Origin: an uncultured Candidatus Nitrosotenuis sp.
Lineage (GTDB): Archaea; Thermoproteota; Nitrososphaeria; Nitrososphaerales; Nitrosopumilaceae
Assembly: GCA_964470325.1 (NCBI GenBank)
Contig: CAYYBJ010000001.1
Span: forward strand, 1-58,116
Length of the DNA: 58,116 nucleotides
Direction of reading: 5' to 3'
Shown: positions 47,128 through 58,116 of the stretch, piece by piece
How positions within the stretch are numbered: the stretch's first letter is position 1
Layout: every line of letters starts with the position of its first letter
Made by a program: the position numbers and the translations under genes
Notes under the pieces: generated by a model
Told to the model about the DNA's origin: nothing
The model's input: the letters and a program-made list of their open reading frames with translations, nothing else
The model's database searches: none

Positions 47128-47409
47128 CTAGACACCCTTGATTTTAGAGTGGATTAGCTGCTTTAGCTCCTGGGCGGATTCTATTGCAGTCTTTGTTGCC
47201 TTTTCTACTTCTTTTAGGGGGCTTCCCTTTGAAGAATTGATTCGCATTCTGTATTCTGCAGTCAGTGGGTGTCTAAGAATGACGCCTGCAAAGTCGACTT
47301 GGCTGTCCTTGAGCAGTTCGTGCTGGACTATATACAGAGTACCAATGTCGGTGCCCTTTAGCGCCAGTTCTGTCTCTTTTGAGGAGGACTTGACTACTTG
47401 AATGTTCAT
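47128..47409 (-). CDS. rpoL: RNA polymerase subunit Rpo11 (L)
   Basis: VDFAG..HPL motif; upstream of tfs and pcn; ATG 47409. Confidence 0.88.
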   Translation of the reverse strand: MNIQVVKSSSKETELALKGTDIGTLYIVQHELLKDSQVDFAGVILRHPLTAEYRMRINSSKGSPLKEVEKATKTAIESAQELKQLIHSKIKGV

Positions 47410-47453
47410 TCTATCGGAAAACCACTTATTGTGGATATAAATCATCGTCAAGC

Positions 47454-47990
47454 ATGGGAAGCGCAACGACCCTTTCAGAAATAATACTAACAGCGGACAA
47501 GCCGGAATATTCCACATCGGATGATATTGTGATTCTGGCTTCTTTTCGGATTCAGGGCGATCTGCGAGACGCACTAAATGAAAAAAACTGGACTGAAGCA
47601 TACAACAAGTTCGATAATCTGTTTAAGCTAAAATATGGAATCAAGGTTACTTCTGGAGGATTTAGAAAAAAGGAACTCAAAGACATTGACACTTATCGTA
47701 AGGCATCATTTTTCTGGACTCGCAATCCGAAACTGGTAAACCCGATGAAGGAAAAGCGAGTTTGGGTTCAGGTCGCAAAAAACTTTGAGCCATTCATCAA
47801 ACTGACAGAGGAAGAGGTAAAATCAGAGCTGCTTGACTTTAATGAAAAAATAACAATCAAGGCATCTGAGTTGGGATCAGGCAAACACAAGATCAGTGCG
47901 GAGGCCTGGGTGTCCTGGCAAAAACACCTATGGACTGACTCTGGCGATGCCAAGGGATCATCCAAGGAAATCGAAGTTATAATAAATTAA
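47454..47990 (+). CDS. Hypothetical protein
   Basis: 178-aa ORF with ATG and upstream TATA (GATATAAA). Confidence 0.7.
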   Translation: MGSATTLSEIILTADKPEYSTSDDIVILASFRIQGDLRDALNEKNWTEAYNKFDNLFKLKYGIKVTSGGFRKKELKDIDTYRKASFFWTRNPKLVNPMKEKRVWVQVAKNFEPFIKLTEEEVKSELLDFNEKITIKASELGSGKHKISAEAWVSWQKHLWTDSGDAKGSSKEIEVIIN

Positions 47991-48022
47991 AAAATTATAA
48001 GCAACAAATTTTGGATTACACC

Positions 48023-48175
48023 ATGGCAAAATATGATGGTCTTTTGGGTCAGCCAGTCCTAGAAATAGAGGAACCGGATGCAGAAGGCGGAGTAACCCTG
48101 ATTTTCAAGGACAATAGATTCTTGTTCATCAAAATTGTTGATGGCAAGATAGATACAATATCTATACCAGAATAA
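48023..48175 (+). CDS. Small hypothetical protein (50 aa; not in ORF track)
   Basis: MAKYDGLLGQPVLEIEEPDAEGGVTLIFKDNRFLFIKIVDGKIDTISIPE; TATA TTATAAG about 25 nt upstream; fills the gap exactly. Confidence 0.75.
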   Translation: MAKYDGLLGQPVLEIEEPDAEGGVTLIFKDNRFLFIKIVDGKIDTISIPE

Positions 48176-48556
48176 TCATTTTGCGGCGTTTTGAATTTCC
48201 TGCGTGTCTGAATACTGCCTGAATTTTGCTATTTTGTTGTTCTGTATGGTATAGACATGGACAAAGGGCGCATCGAACTTTTTGTTTGATTTAGAGACAA
48301 TTTTGTAGGTGCCAAAGACAATCACTTTGTTTTGTATTTCGATGAATTCATCTGTTTTTACGTGAAATTCCGCAAATTTTGCAAACAATTTTGGAAAATA
48401 GCCGTCAAAGACGTCTTTCTTTCCAATATGGGTTCCACCATTTGGCATGTTCTTCATTACAGTCCATTCTATGTCATCATGGCATAATTCCAGAAATGCT
48501 CGGTCTTGTTTTCCAAATAGTTCATAGAATTTCTTTACTAGATCAGTATCGTTCAT
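48176..48556 (-). CDS. SnoaL-like/NTF2-family protein
   Basis: DDIEW..GGTHIG..FVHVYTI..FRQYSDT. Confidence 0.85.
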   Translation of the reverse strand: MNDTDLVKKFYELFGKQDRAFLELCHDDIEWTVMKNMPNGGTHIGKKDVFDGYFPKLFAKFAEFHVKTDEFIEIQNKVIVFGTYKIVSKSNKKFDAPFVHVYTIQNNKIAKFRQYSDTQEIQNAAK

Positions 48557-48590
48557 GCCTGGTTTTCTGATAATGTATTCAAAACCGTTA

Positions 48591-49091
48591 CTATTGTTTT
48601 GTCTTTAGGAATTTTTCATAGCTAGACACAGCTATTTCCTGTGATGTGGACTGGATAGAGCCGGGCCTTTCCTTTCTTACTAGCTCAATTGCCTTTTGTG
48701 CTGACATTTTCTGGTATTTTATCAAGTAACTTGCCAAAATTGTTCCAGTCCTACCAATTCCTGCGGCACAGTGAACCATTACTGGCTCACCATTTTTGAT
48801 TCGCTCTGCGATATAATCAACGGTAGAATCTATCTTGTCAATGTCTGGCGCGGTGAGATCTTCTGTTGGGACATGGAGATATTGTATTCCATCAATCCAT
48901 GCTTGCGGCAAGCCATATTCCGTCATGGTTACTATGGACTTGACTCCTTGTTTTTGAATCCAGTTTATCTCTTCGATGGTAGTTGGCATGCCGGAACCTG
49001 CCAGCTTGCCATCAAGTAGCCATGAAAAGTTTGTAGGGCGTTTTGTTATTTTTCCGTGAATTTTGCGCCAAAGATTTCCAGGTTTGCTCAT
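48591..49091 (-). CDS. Dual-specificity protein phosphatase
   Basis: VHCAAGIGRTG (CX5R). Confidence 0.93.
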   Translation of the reverse strand: MSKPGNLWRKIHGKITKRPTNFSWLLDGKLAGSGMPTTIEEINWIQKQGVKSIVTMTEYGLPQAWIDGIQYLHVPTEDLTAPDIDKIDSTVDYIAERIKNGEPVMVHCAAGIGRTGTILASYLIKYQKMSAQKAIELVRKERPGSIQSTSQEIAVSSYEKFLKTKQ

Positions 49092-49166
49092 TTGTTGTTT
49101 TGGTAGATTATCGATATTTAGACACTAAGATTTGTTTATATTAGAAAATAACATAACACTACGGTT

Positions 49167-50225
49167 TTGAACAAAGAAGCAATCCTGTATGAGAAGTTGC
49201 CTGACAAAAAGGTGCGCTGTACAGCATGTGCCAGATACTGTGAGATCAAGGACGGCCAAATTGGACTGTGCGGAGTTCGCGGAAACGAAGGAGGTAAGCT
49301 GGACCTGTATGTGTATGGTAAGGTAATCACAGGAAATGTAGATCCAATAGAGAAAAAACCAGTCATACACTACATGCCTGGAACTAGGATCTTTTCTATA
49401 GCTACTACTGGTTGTAACTGGCTATGCAAGTATTGCCAAAACTATGACATCTCTCAGCGAAGAAAAATCGAAGGCCAAGACTTGACACCTGCCCAAGTAG
49501 TGCAGATAGCGCTGGACAATAACTCTCAGGGAATTGCATACACATACAATCAACCTTCTATTTTCATGGAATTTGCGCGTGATTGTGGAGTAGAGGCGCA
49601 CAAAAAAGGACTGTTTAACATTTTTGTCTCAAACGGCTATGACACACCGCAATCAGTTGCAATGATGGGTGAATTTTTGGATTGCATCACAGTTGATTTC
49701 AAGGGAAGCGCCGAGCCGGAATTTACTAGAAAATATGTTGGCGTGCCAGATCCTCAGCCAATCTTTGATACTCTGATTGAAATTCACAACAAGACAAAAA
49801 TCCACACAGAAATTACTGATCTCATAGTACCACAGGTAGGGGATAGCTTAGAACATGCAAAAAAATTATGCAAATTTTTGTACGATAATTTCGGCCCAGA
49901 AATGCCAATTCATTTTCTGAGATTCCATCCTGATTATAAAATGATGGAGTTTCCTCCAACGCCAGTAGAAACCCTAGAAAAACATTATTCCATTGCGAAA
50001 AAGGAAGAACTCCAGTACGTGTATTTGGGAAATGTTCCGGGACACAAGTATGAGCATACGTATTGTCCTGGATGCAATGATGTGGCAATTGGTAGATATG
50101 GATTTGACATTACATCGTGGAATCTTGATGAGTCCAACAAGTGCAAGACTTGCGGCCACAAAATTCCCATAATAGGACAATTAGACAAGAACTATCACAA
50201 AAGCAGATTCCAGTTTGTAGTCTAG
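49167..50225 (+). CDS. amrS: AmmeMemoRadiSam system radical SAM enzyme
   Basis: N-terminal CxxC..GLCGVR, DPIEKKP, CNWLCKYCQN, RFHPDY, C-terminal CxxC. Confidence 0.9.
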   Translation: MNKEAILYEKLPDKKVRCTACARYCEIKDGQIGLCGVRGNEGGKLDLYVYGKVITGNVDPIEKKPVIHYMPGTRIFSIATTGCNWLCKYCQNYDISQRRKIEGQDLTPAQVVQIALDNNSQGIAYTYNQPSIFMEFARDCGVEAHKKGLFNIFVSNGYDTPQSVAMMGEFLDCITVDFKGSAEPEFTRKYVGVPDPQPIFDTLIEIHNKTKIHTEITDLIVPQVGDSLEHAKKLCKFLYDNFGPEMPIHFLRFHPDYKMMEFPPTPVETLEKHYSIAKKEELQYVYLGNVPGHKYEHTYCPGCNDVAIGRYGFDITSWNLDESNKCKTCGHKIPIIGQLDKNYHKSRFQFVV

Positions 50226-50857
50226 AATGCTATTGCTCGAACAGGCGAGCCTGTTGTTCCTTGGAGCTTTAGCGGAAGGGCAACTAGATTGAAATTTACG
50301 CTCTTTATCTTGGATAAATTGCAGAGATTTTCCAAAATCAGGACATTTGCCTTGAGCAAAACATGGTGAGCAACATATTTTGTATTGTTTCCAGAATCAA
50401 TGCTTGGTGAGTCAATTCCTACCAGATTTGTCTTCTTTGATGTCAGATATTTGGAAGCTGATTCGGCCAAGCCGGGATTTGCAAAAAAGTCCTTTCTGGG
50501 TTTATCATTCCAACCAGTGGCAAAGACTATGGTGGAATTGTCTGGGATTTTTCCATGTTTTTTCTCAAATTGTATAATGTCGGATTTTGTTATGGAATAA
50601 TTTGGCTTTGATTGTATTCTGATCAGTATGGCGTTTTGCAAAAATCGTGACGGGTCTAGCTCGTGGATTTTTTTGCCTGACTTGACAAAATGATACGGTG
50701 CATCTATATGTGTGCCTGTGTGGGTGCTGAAAAAAATCATCTCTAGATTATAGTCGTCTTGATCCATCGAATCCCATTCTATGAAATGTGGAACAGGTGA
50801 GCCGAGAAAGGTAGGAATTTTTTCAGAAATCGGCAGTGTCAGATCATAGACTTTCAT
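50222..50857 (-). CDS. Cyclase/kynurenine formamidase-family hydrolase
   Basis: HTGTHIDAPYH, GIDSPS, LENL, GSPVRA. Confidence 0.9.
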   Translation of the reverse strand: MKVYDLTLPISEKIPTFLGSPVPHFIEWDSMDQDDYNLEMIFFSTHTGTHIDAPYHFVKSGKKIHELDPSRFLQNAILIRIQSKPNYSITKSDIIQFEKKHGKIPDNSTIVFATGWNDKPRKDFFANPGLAESASKYLTSKKTNLVGIDSPSIDSGNNTKYVAHHVLLKANVLILENLCNLSKIKSVNFNLVALPLKLQGTTGSPVRAIAF

Positions 50858-50933
50858 GCAAAATTATGGTTGGCACTTTTATTTTTGGATGATCAAAGAT
50901 GTTAAATAGATCTCGCCCAAAGTACATTCTACA

Positions 50934-51194
50934 TTGCCTATTGCATTCATTTTGTTAAACTCGGATCTGGGGTCTGACCAAGAGATCATAACCAAACTCA
51001 AAGAGATGCTAGCAGTAGAAAAGAGCATCAAGTATGAGGTCCAGGGTGTATATGGAATCTATGACATTGTAGTCAAAATCGAGGCTGCAAATGCCGACCT
51101 GTTGCGTACAATAATCACAAACAAGATTCGCAAAATAGACAAAGTCCAGTCCACTCTTACCATGATGGTAATAGAAGAACAAGAAAAACTATAG
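50934..51194 (+). CDS. Stand-alone Lrp/AsnC ligand-binding domain protein
   Basis: VYGIYDIVVKI..IRKI..V.STLT. Confidence 0.88.
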   Translation: MPIAFILLNSDLGSDQEIITKLKEMLAVEKSIKYEVQGVYGIYDIVVKIEAANADLLRTIITNKIRKIDKVQSTLTMMVIEEQEKL

Positions 51195-52340
51195 TCGCTT
51201 TACCAAATCTACTAGTTTTAGAATATCTGATTCTGTATTGAAAAAGTGCGGCGAGGCACGCACGAGCTTTTGTCCTGATATTTCTCTCACGGCTAAAACC
51301 ATTCCTTGTCGCTCTAGCTGCTGAACTATTTCTTGGGGGGATTTTCTTGCTATGGAAAAAGAAACAATACTGGTTCGCTTGTTTTGTTCTTCTGGGCCGT
51401 ACAATGTAAGATCTGGATTTTTTGATAATTCTTCTCTTAGCAGATTTGCTAGGCCAGCTATCCTTTCTCTAATGTTTGTAATTCCAATACTGGACAGAAA
51501 TGAAATGGAATTGTTCAATCCTACAATGGCTGCAAAGTTTCTAAATCCTCCTTGGAACTTGTCTGGAATATCCTTGTATGCCAGCTTTGTGCCGTCATAT
51601 ATCATTGCAGATTCGCCAGCCAGATTCATTGGATCTAGCATTGAAGCAGAATCCTTTTTGCAAATGAAAACCCCAATTCCCATTGGGCCGCAGAGCCACT
51701 TGTAGCCATTAAAGGCTGCAAAGTCTGCACCGGTTTTTGTAAAATCAAATTCTGTGCATCCAACTGTTTGGGCTGCATCCAAAAAGAACGGAATTCCCCG
51801 CTCATTGAGAATCTTTCCAATTTCTGGTATTGGTAGTATTGCGCCAGTGTTGTATAGGCCGTGGCTTAGTGCGACTAGTTTTGTGTTTCTGTCCAGTCTT
51901 TTTTCCAACTCGCCAATCTCAAAGAAACCATTCTGGTCATGTGGTATGGAGCGAAGCTCGATTTTTTTTGCAAGCCTTAGCCAGGGATAATAGTTTGCGT
52001 GATGCTCATGTGTTGTTCCGCGAATCACAACGTTTGCTTCTTTGGGTAATGTCATTCCGTTTGCGACATTGTTGATTCCCTCTGTGACGCTGGATGTGAG
52101 GATTACTTCTTCTGGCTTACAGTTTACTAGCTTGGAAATGGTGCCTCGTAATTCATTTGATTTTATTGCTAATAACGAAGCAAAGTCAAGCGAGTCTGGC
52201 CCCAAGTCGTTGTATCGCAGGGTAAAGTCAATCATGGCCTTGATTGTATTTAGTGGAATCAGAGACGATGAGGCATTATTGAGATAAACTCGCGAAGACT
52301 TAGGAAAAGAACTTGCAATCAGTTCTTGGTCTAAATTCAT
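51189..52340 (-). CDS. Class V PLP-dependent enzyme (SufS/kynureninase/C-S lyase fold)
   Basis: YLNNAS, EHHANY, LDAAQ, GYKWLCGPMG, RASPHFFN; likely ATG 52340. Confidence 0.85.
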   Translation of the reverse strand: MNLDQELIASSFPKSSRVYLNNASSSLIPLNTIKAMIDFTLRYNDLGPDSLDFASLLAIKSNELRGTISKLVNCKPEEVILTSSVTEGINNVANGMTLPKEANVVIRGTTHEHHANYYPWLRLAKKIELRSIPHDQNGFFEIGELEKRLDRNTKLVALSHGLYNTGAILPIPEIGKILNERGIPFFLDAAQTVGCTEFDFTKTGADFAAFNGYKWLCGPMGIGVFICKKDSASMLDPMNLAGESAMIYDGTKLAYKDIPDKFQGGFRNFAAIVGLNNSISFLSSIGITNIRERIAGLANLLREELSKNPDLTLYGPEEQNKRTSIVSFSIARKSPQEIVQQLERQGMVLAVREISGQKLVRASPHFFNTESDILKLVDLVKRL

Positions 52341-52369
52341 TCTTATATCACAGAAAGAACTATTGTCTG

Positions 52370-52978
52370 TTGCATAAAAACCAACGATCTCTAAGCACAG
52401 AAAAAATCCAAAAACTTGTCTTTGAACAAAACCTTTCTTCCATAACATTTGATGATGCAATAACCAAGACGTATTTTTTTCACAAGCTGACTTATCTGAT
52501 GGATACTCCTGTTCTGTATGTCGATTTTGATTTGTTGTATAGTGGATACCTAGCTGCAAATATTCTGCCACAGAATGAAAACGTGGAATTGTACACACCA
52601 AAGGAAGACTGGAAGGATATTTTTGCGCAAATCATGGACAAGATTTCCACAAAAAGACATCTGGTGATAATAGATTCGCTAAACGGATTCTTTACCACAC
52701 TAGTTGAGAACAAGGAATCTGGCAGGATCATCAACAGTGTCTTGGTGTTGCTAGCTAGTGCTGCACAAAAGGCATACTCGGCTGTATTGTTTGGAAGCAC
52801 TGCAAAGCTCAAAGAAGATGGATGGGTCTTGCCAGGCCTTGGAAGAAAAATTGTACAAATTCAGAAAATGAATTTTCTTGCGATTCAGCAAAAAAATGAA
52901 ACACTAAATCTTGTATCACTGAATAATGACAATTCTGTAAAATTAGTAATACCACTTGACAATCTTGATTTGGTGTAG
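52370..52978 (+). CDS. Hypothetical protein, degenerate RecA-like fold
   Basis: LYVDFD and LVIIDSLNG strands, no intact Walker A; likely TTG 52370. Confidence 0.6.
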   Translation: MHKNQRSLSTEKIQKLVFEQNLSSITFDDAITKTYFFHKLTYLMDTPVLYVDFDLLYSGYLAANILPQNENVELYTPKEDWKDIFAQIMDKISTKRHLVIIDSLNGFFTTLVENKESGRIINSVLVLLASAAQKAYSAVLFGSTAKLKEDGWVLPGLGRKIVQIQKMNFLAIQQKNETLNLVSLNNDNSVKLVIPLDNLDLV

Positions 52979-52989
52979 ATGCGATCAAA

Positions 52990-53030
52990 AATTATAACAG
53001 CGTTAAAGTTTCTCTAACGCCGTTATAATT
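52990..53030. promoter_or_regulatory. 41-bp inverted repeat / double operator upstream of ferredoxin
   Basis: AATTATAACAGCGTTAAAG-TTT-CTCTAACGCCGTTATAATT, 17/19 arm match. Confidence 0.65.
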
Positions 53031-53084
53031 CGAACTTTTTAGGGAAATTATATTAAGATCCAAAAGGTAAGAAATTCGATTAAA

Positions 53085-53384
53085 ATGCCAGTAGCAATTT
53101 TACCAGACATTGGTGAACAGATGTGCATTGGATGCGCACTATGCGTTGAAATCTGCACTTCACTGGGACCAGATGTACTCAGAGTAAAACCAGTCGAAGG
53201 CTGGAAAAGAGGTAAGGCATTTGTCTTTTACCCAGAGAGATGCATCTCCGACGGAGCATGCATTGGCGTTTGCCCAACAAAGGCAATCTTCTGGATGAGA
53301 CCAATGGACTTCACAGTAGGTCAACCAGTTCCTCTATACAAAAACTCAGTCTTCGTTAAGGGCTGGACTGAACTTATCGATTAA
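53085..53384 (+). CDS. Dicluster 4Fe-4S ferredoxin
   Basis: CIGCALCVEIC and CISDGACIGVCP. Confidence 0.92.
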   Translation: MPVAILPDIGEQMCIGCALCVEICTSLGPDVLRVKPVEGWKRGKAFVFYPERCISDGACIGVCPTKAIFWMRPMDFTVGQPVPLYKNSVFVKGWTELID

Positions 53385-53435
53385 GCTCAGTCATCAAAAT
53401 TTCTTTTTACTATTACCTTCTAGTGGATACTAGTA

Positions 53436-56474
<3,039 letters not shown>

Positions 56475-56475
56475 T

Positions 56476-56586
56476 TGTCATAACACCCATAAGTATGTAA
56501 TAGTTATGACATTATATAAATATTTAGTTATTTTGTATGAGCTATGACATAAGGCTCTTATATATGACATCATATAAGAATGTCAT
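56476..56586. promoter_or_regulatory. Divergent promoter region with five ATGACA-type boxes (putative operator)
   Basis: TATGACAT at 56505, 56543, 56563; inverted TGTCATA at 56476 and ATGTCAT at 56580. Confidence 0.65.
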
Positions 56587-57250
56587 GCGAACAAGTAACC
56601 TTTCCGTTCCTGAAGTTGTGCGTGAAATCATCACAAGGAACAGGTCAATTTATGATTGTATGAAGATGGATGTGATAAACTACACAGCACTTGCTGTCAA
56701 GATTCAACCCGATGTGGAGCGACAGCTAGGCAATTCTGTTAATCTCAATACAATAGTAGTTGCAATCAAGCGATATGCCGATTCGTTTTTGGAAAAAGAA
56801 GACATCAAAACAGAATCTGTTCTAAAAAATGCCAGACTGTCATTGACTGACGGAATTCTGGACATAAAATTTTCAACCAACGACATGGATAAAAAAGAGA
56901 CCGCATCATTACTGGATAAATTTGAGCAATATGATTCCGATTACGAGTTTTTCAGAATGGCAGATTCTACATTTCGTGTCCTAACAGAAGATCTGGCAGA
57001 CATTAGGCGAGTGTTTGAGTCATTTCCAACTACCAAGAACTTTTTCAGCACAGGCTTGGCAAAAATTGAGATTCGCATTCCGCAGGAACAAAACCGATCT
57101 GATGTGGTATCATATGTGGCAGAGATCTTGCACAACAATGGTGTAGAACTACAAAACGCCTTTTTCTCACAGGACAATATCATACTGGTTTTACGAGAAG
57201 AAGATGCGTCCAAAGCATACGAAGTTTTGCGAGCAGAAATCTCTAGATAA
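56585..57250 (+). CDS. Putative transcriptional regulator with N-terminal HTH and C-terminal ACT-like domain
   Basis: VINYTALA..I..TIVVAIKRY; ACT-like C-terminus; TATA CTTATATA supports ATG 56585. Confidence 0.78.
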   Translation: MRTSNLSVPEVVREIITRNRSIYDCMKMDVINYTALAVKIQPDVERQLGNSVNLNTIVVAIKRYADSFLEKEDIKTESVLKNARLSLTDGILDIKFSTNDMDKKETASLLDKFEQYDSDYEFFRMADSTFRVLTEDLADIRRVFESFPTTKNFFSTGLAKIEIRIPQEQNRSDVVSYVAEILHNNGVELQNAFFSQDNIILVLREEDASKAYEVLRAEISR

Positions 57251-57577
57251 CTAGATTCCCGAAGTCTCGGCCTTGGAGATTTCCAAGTAGACCTTGTCGC
57301 CAACAGAGAGTCCTAGTTCCTTGTATTCTCTCATATCCAGCTTCATGCTAGTCATATTTCCTGGCATTCCAAATCCTCCACCACCAAGCATCTTGTTTAG
57401 TGATTTCATCATGTCATCCATGTTTGTAAATCCCATTACGCCAGATCCTCCACCGTATGGAGACTGGGGAAATCCTTGGCTTTCCTTAAAGTCCTTTGTT
57501 GCCTGCAGTGAAACCACGACATATGGTGCGCCATCTGGAGAGGCGTCAATTCTTACTACGACATATTCCTTTTTCAT
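57251..57577 (-). CDS. Hypothetical protein (Gly/Met-rich linker, AbrB-like C-terminal segment)
   Basis: MKKEYVVVRIDASPDG..REYKELGLSVGDKVYLEI; ATG 57577. Confidence 0.7.
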   Translation of the reverse strand: MKKEYVVVRIDASPDGAPYVVVSLQATKDFKESQGFPQSPYGGGSGVMGFTNMDDMMKSLNKMLGGGGFGMPGNMTSMKLDMREYKELGLSVGDKVYLEISKAETSGI

Positions 57578-57691
57578 GTGATTTTTGTGCGTGTTTTTGC
57601 GATATTTTACTTTAACTGGCGTCAAAATTTACAAAAATCGTATATGATTTTGGTAATCAAACGTTATATCGGCTGTTTTTGGAGTAATTAG

Positions 57692-58116
57692 GTGACGCAC
57701 AAGAGAATCCTGGTTTTAGGGGGGGGATTTGCTGGAGTAGAGTGCACTGAAAAGCTTGAATCGTATTTCAAGCGAGACCCTGAAGTAAAAATTGACTTGG
57801 TATCTGAGGACAATTTTCTCTTGTTTACGCCGATGCTTCCGCAGGTAGCGTCTGGCATGATTGAAACAAGGCACATTGTAATTCCAATTAGGGCAATAAT
57901 CAAAAAGGCGACATTTCATGAGGGCAAGGTCAAAAACATAGATCCGTACGGAAAACGCGTAACACTTTACGGTACCAACGAAAAAAGAGGCACCTCACTG
58001 GAATACGATTATCTGGTAGTGGCACTTGGAAGCCAGACTAACTTCTTTGGCAACCAAACAGTAGAGAACCATGCCTATACCATGAAGACGCTAAATGATG
58101 CCGTAGTCTTGCGAAA
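57692..58116 (+). CDS. Type II NADH dehydrogenase-like FAD oxidoreductase, truncated by the window edge
   Basis: Manual translation from GTG: MTHKRILVLGGGFAGV..FLLFTPMLPQVASG..YDYLVVALGS..MKTLNDA. Confidence 0.88.
   Translation, partial: MTHKRILVLGGGFAGVECTEKLESYFKRDPEVKIDLVSEDNFLLFTPMLPQVASGMIETRHIVIPIRAIIKKATFHEGKVKNIDPYGKRVTLYGTNEKRGTSLEYDYLVVALGSQTNFFGNQTVENHAYTMKTLNDAVVLR

Noticed and set aside
52341-52601. Long N-terminal extensions in track ORFs (also glyA, rpoL, MtrA-like, kinase)
   Set aside because: They overlap neighbouring genes or promoters; downstream starts fit family lengths
52990-53030. Xer/dif site
   Set aside because: Does not fit the 11-6-11 dif layout and sits in a promoter position

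Overview
Core-chromosome segment of an ammonia-oxidising archaeon (Nitrososphaerota/Thaumarchaeota; probably Nitrosopumilaceae such as Ca. Nitrosotenuis, inferred from gene content, a PEFG-CTERM protein and IPxW-K surface-protein repeats). The window contains the probable replication origin: PolD DP1, cdc6/orc1, an AT-rich unwinding element and ORB boxes. Next to it is a cluster of four small DNA-binding genes (wHTH, AbrB-like, membrane-anchored wHTH, HTH) interleaved with three dense short-motif arrays, then GGGP synthase and PolD DP2. The rest is mostly housekeeping: glyA, thermosome, glnA, GINS, cca/thpR, rnz, prs, nadM, rtcA, bluB, tyrS, cobJ, lysC, PCNA/TFS/RpoL, cdc48/hsp20. There are three tRNAs (Pro-GGG; Val-GAC with C33; Arg-CCT with a D-loop intron) and several small genes missing from the ORF track (AbrB-like, metallothionein-like, Zn-finger, a 50-aa ORF, two edge-truncated genes). 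No CRISPR, transposase, integrase or intein was seen. The best candidate for an undescribed system is the origin-flanking module (GTTAAC array plus wHTH; TGTGAT array plus membrane-anchored wHTH), a possible origin-regulation or chromosome-membrane tethering system. All calls come from reading the sequence; no searches were run.
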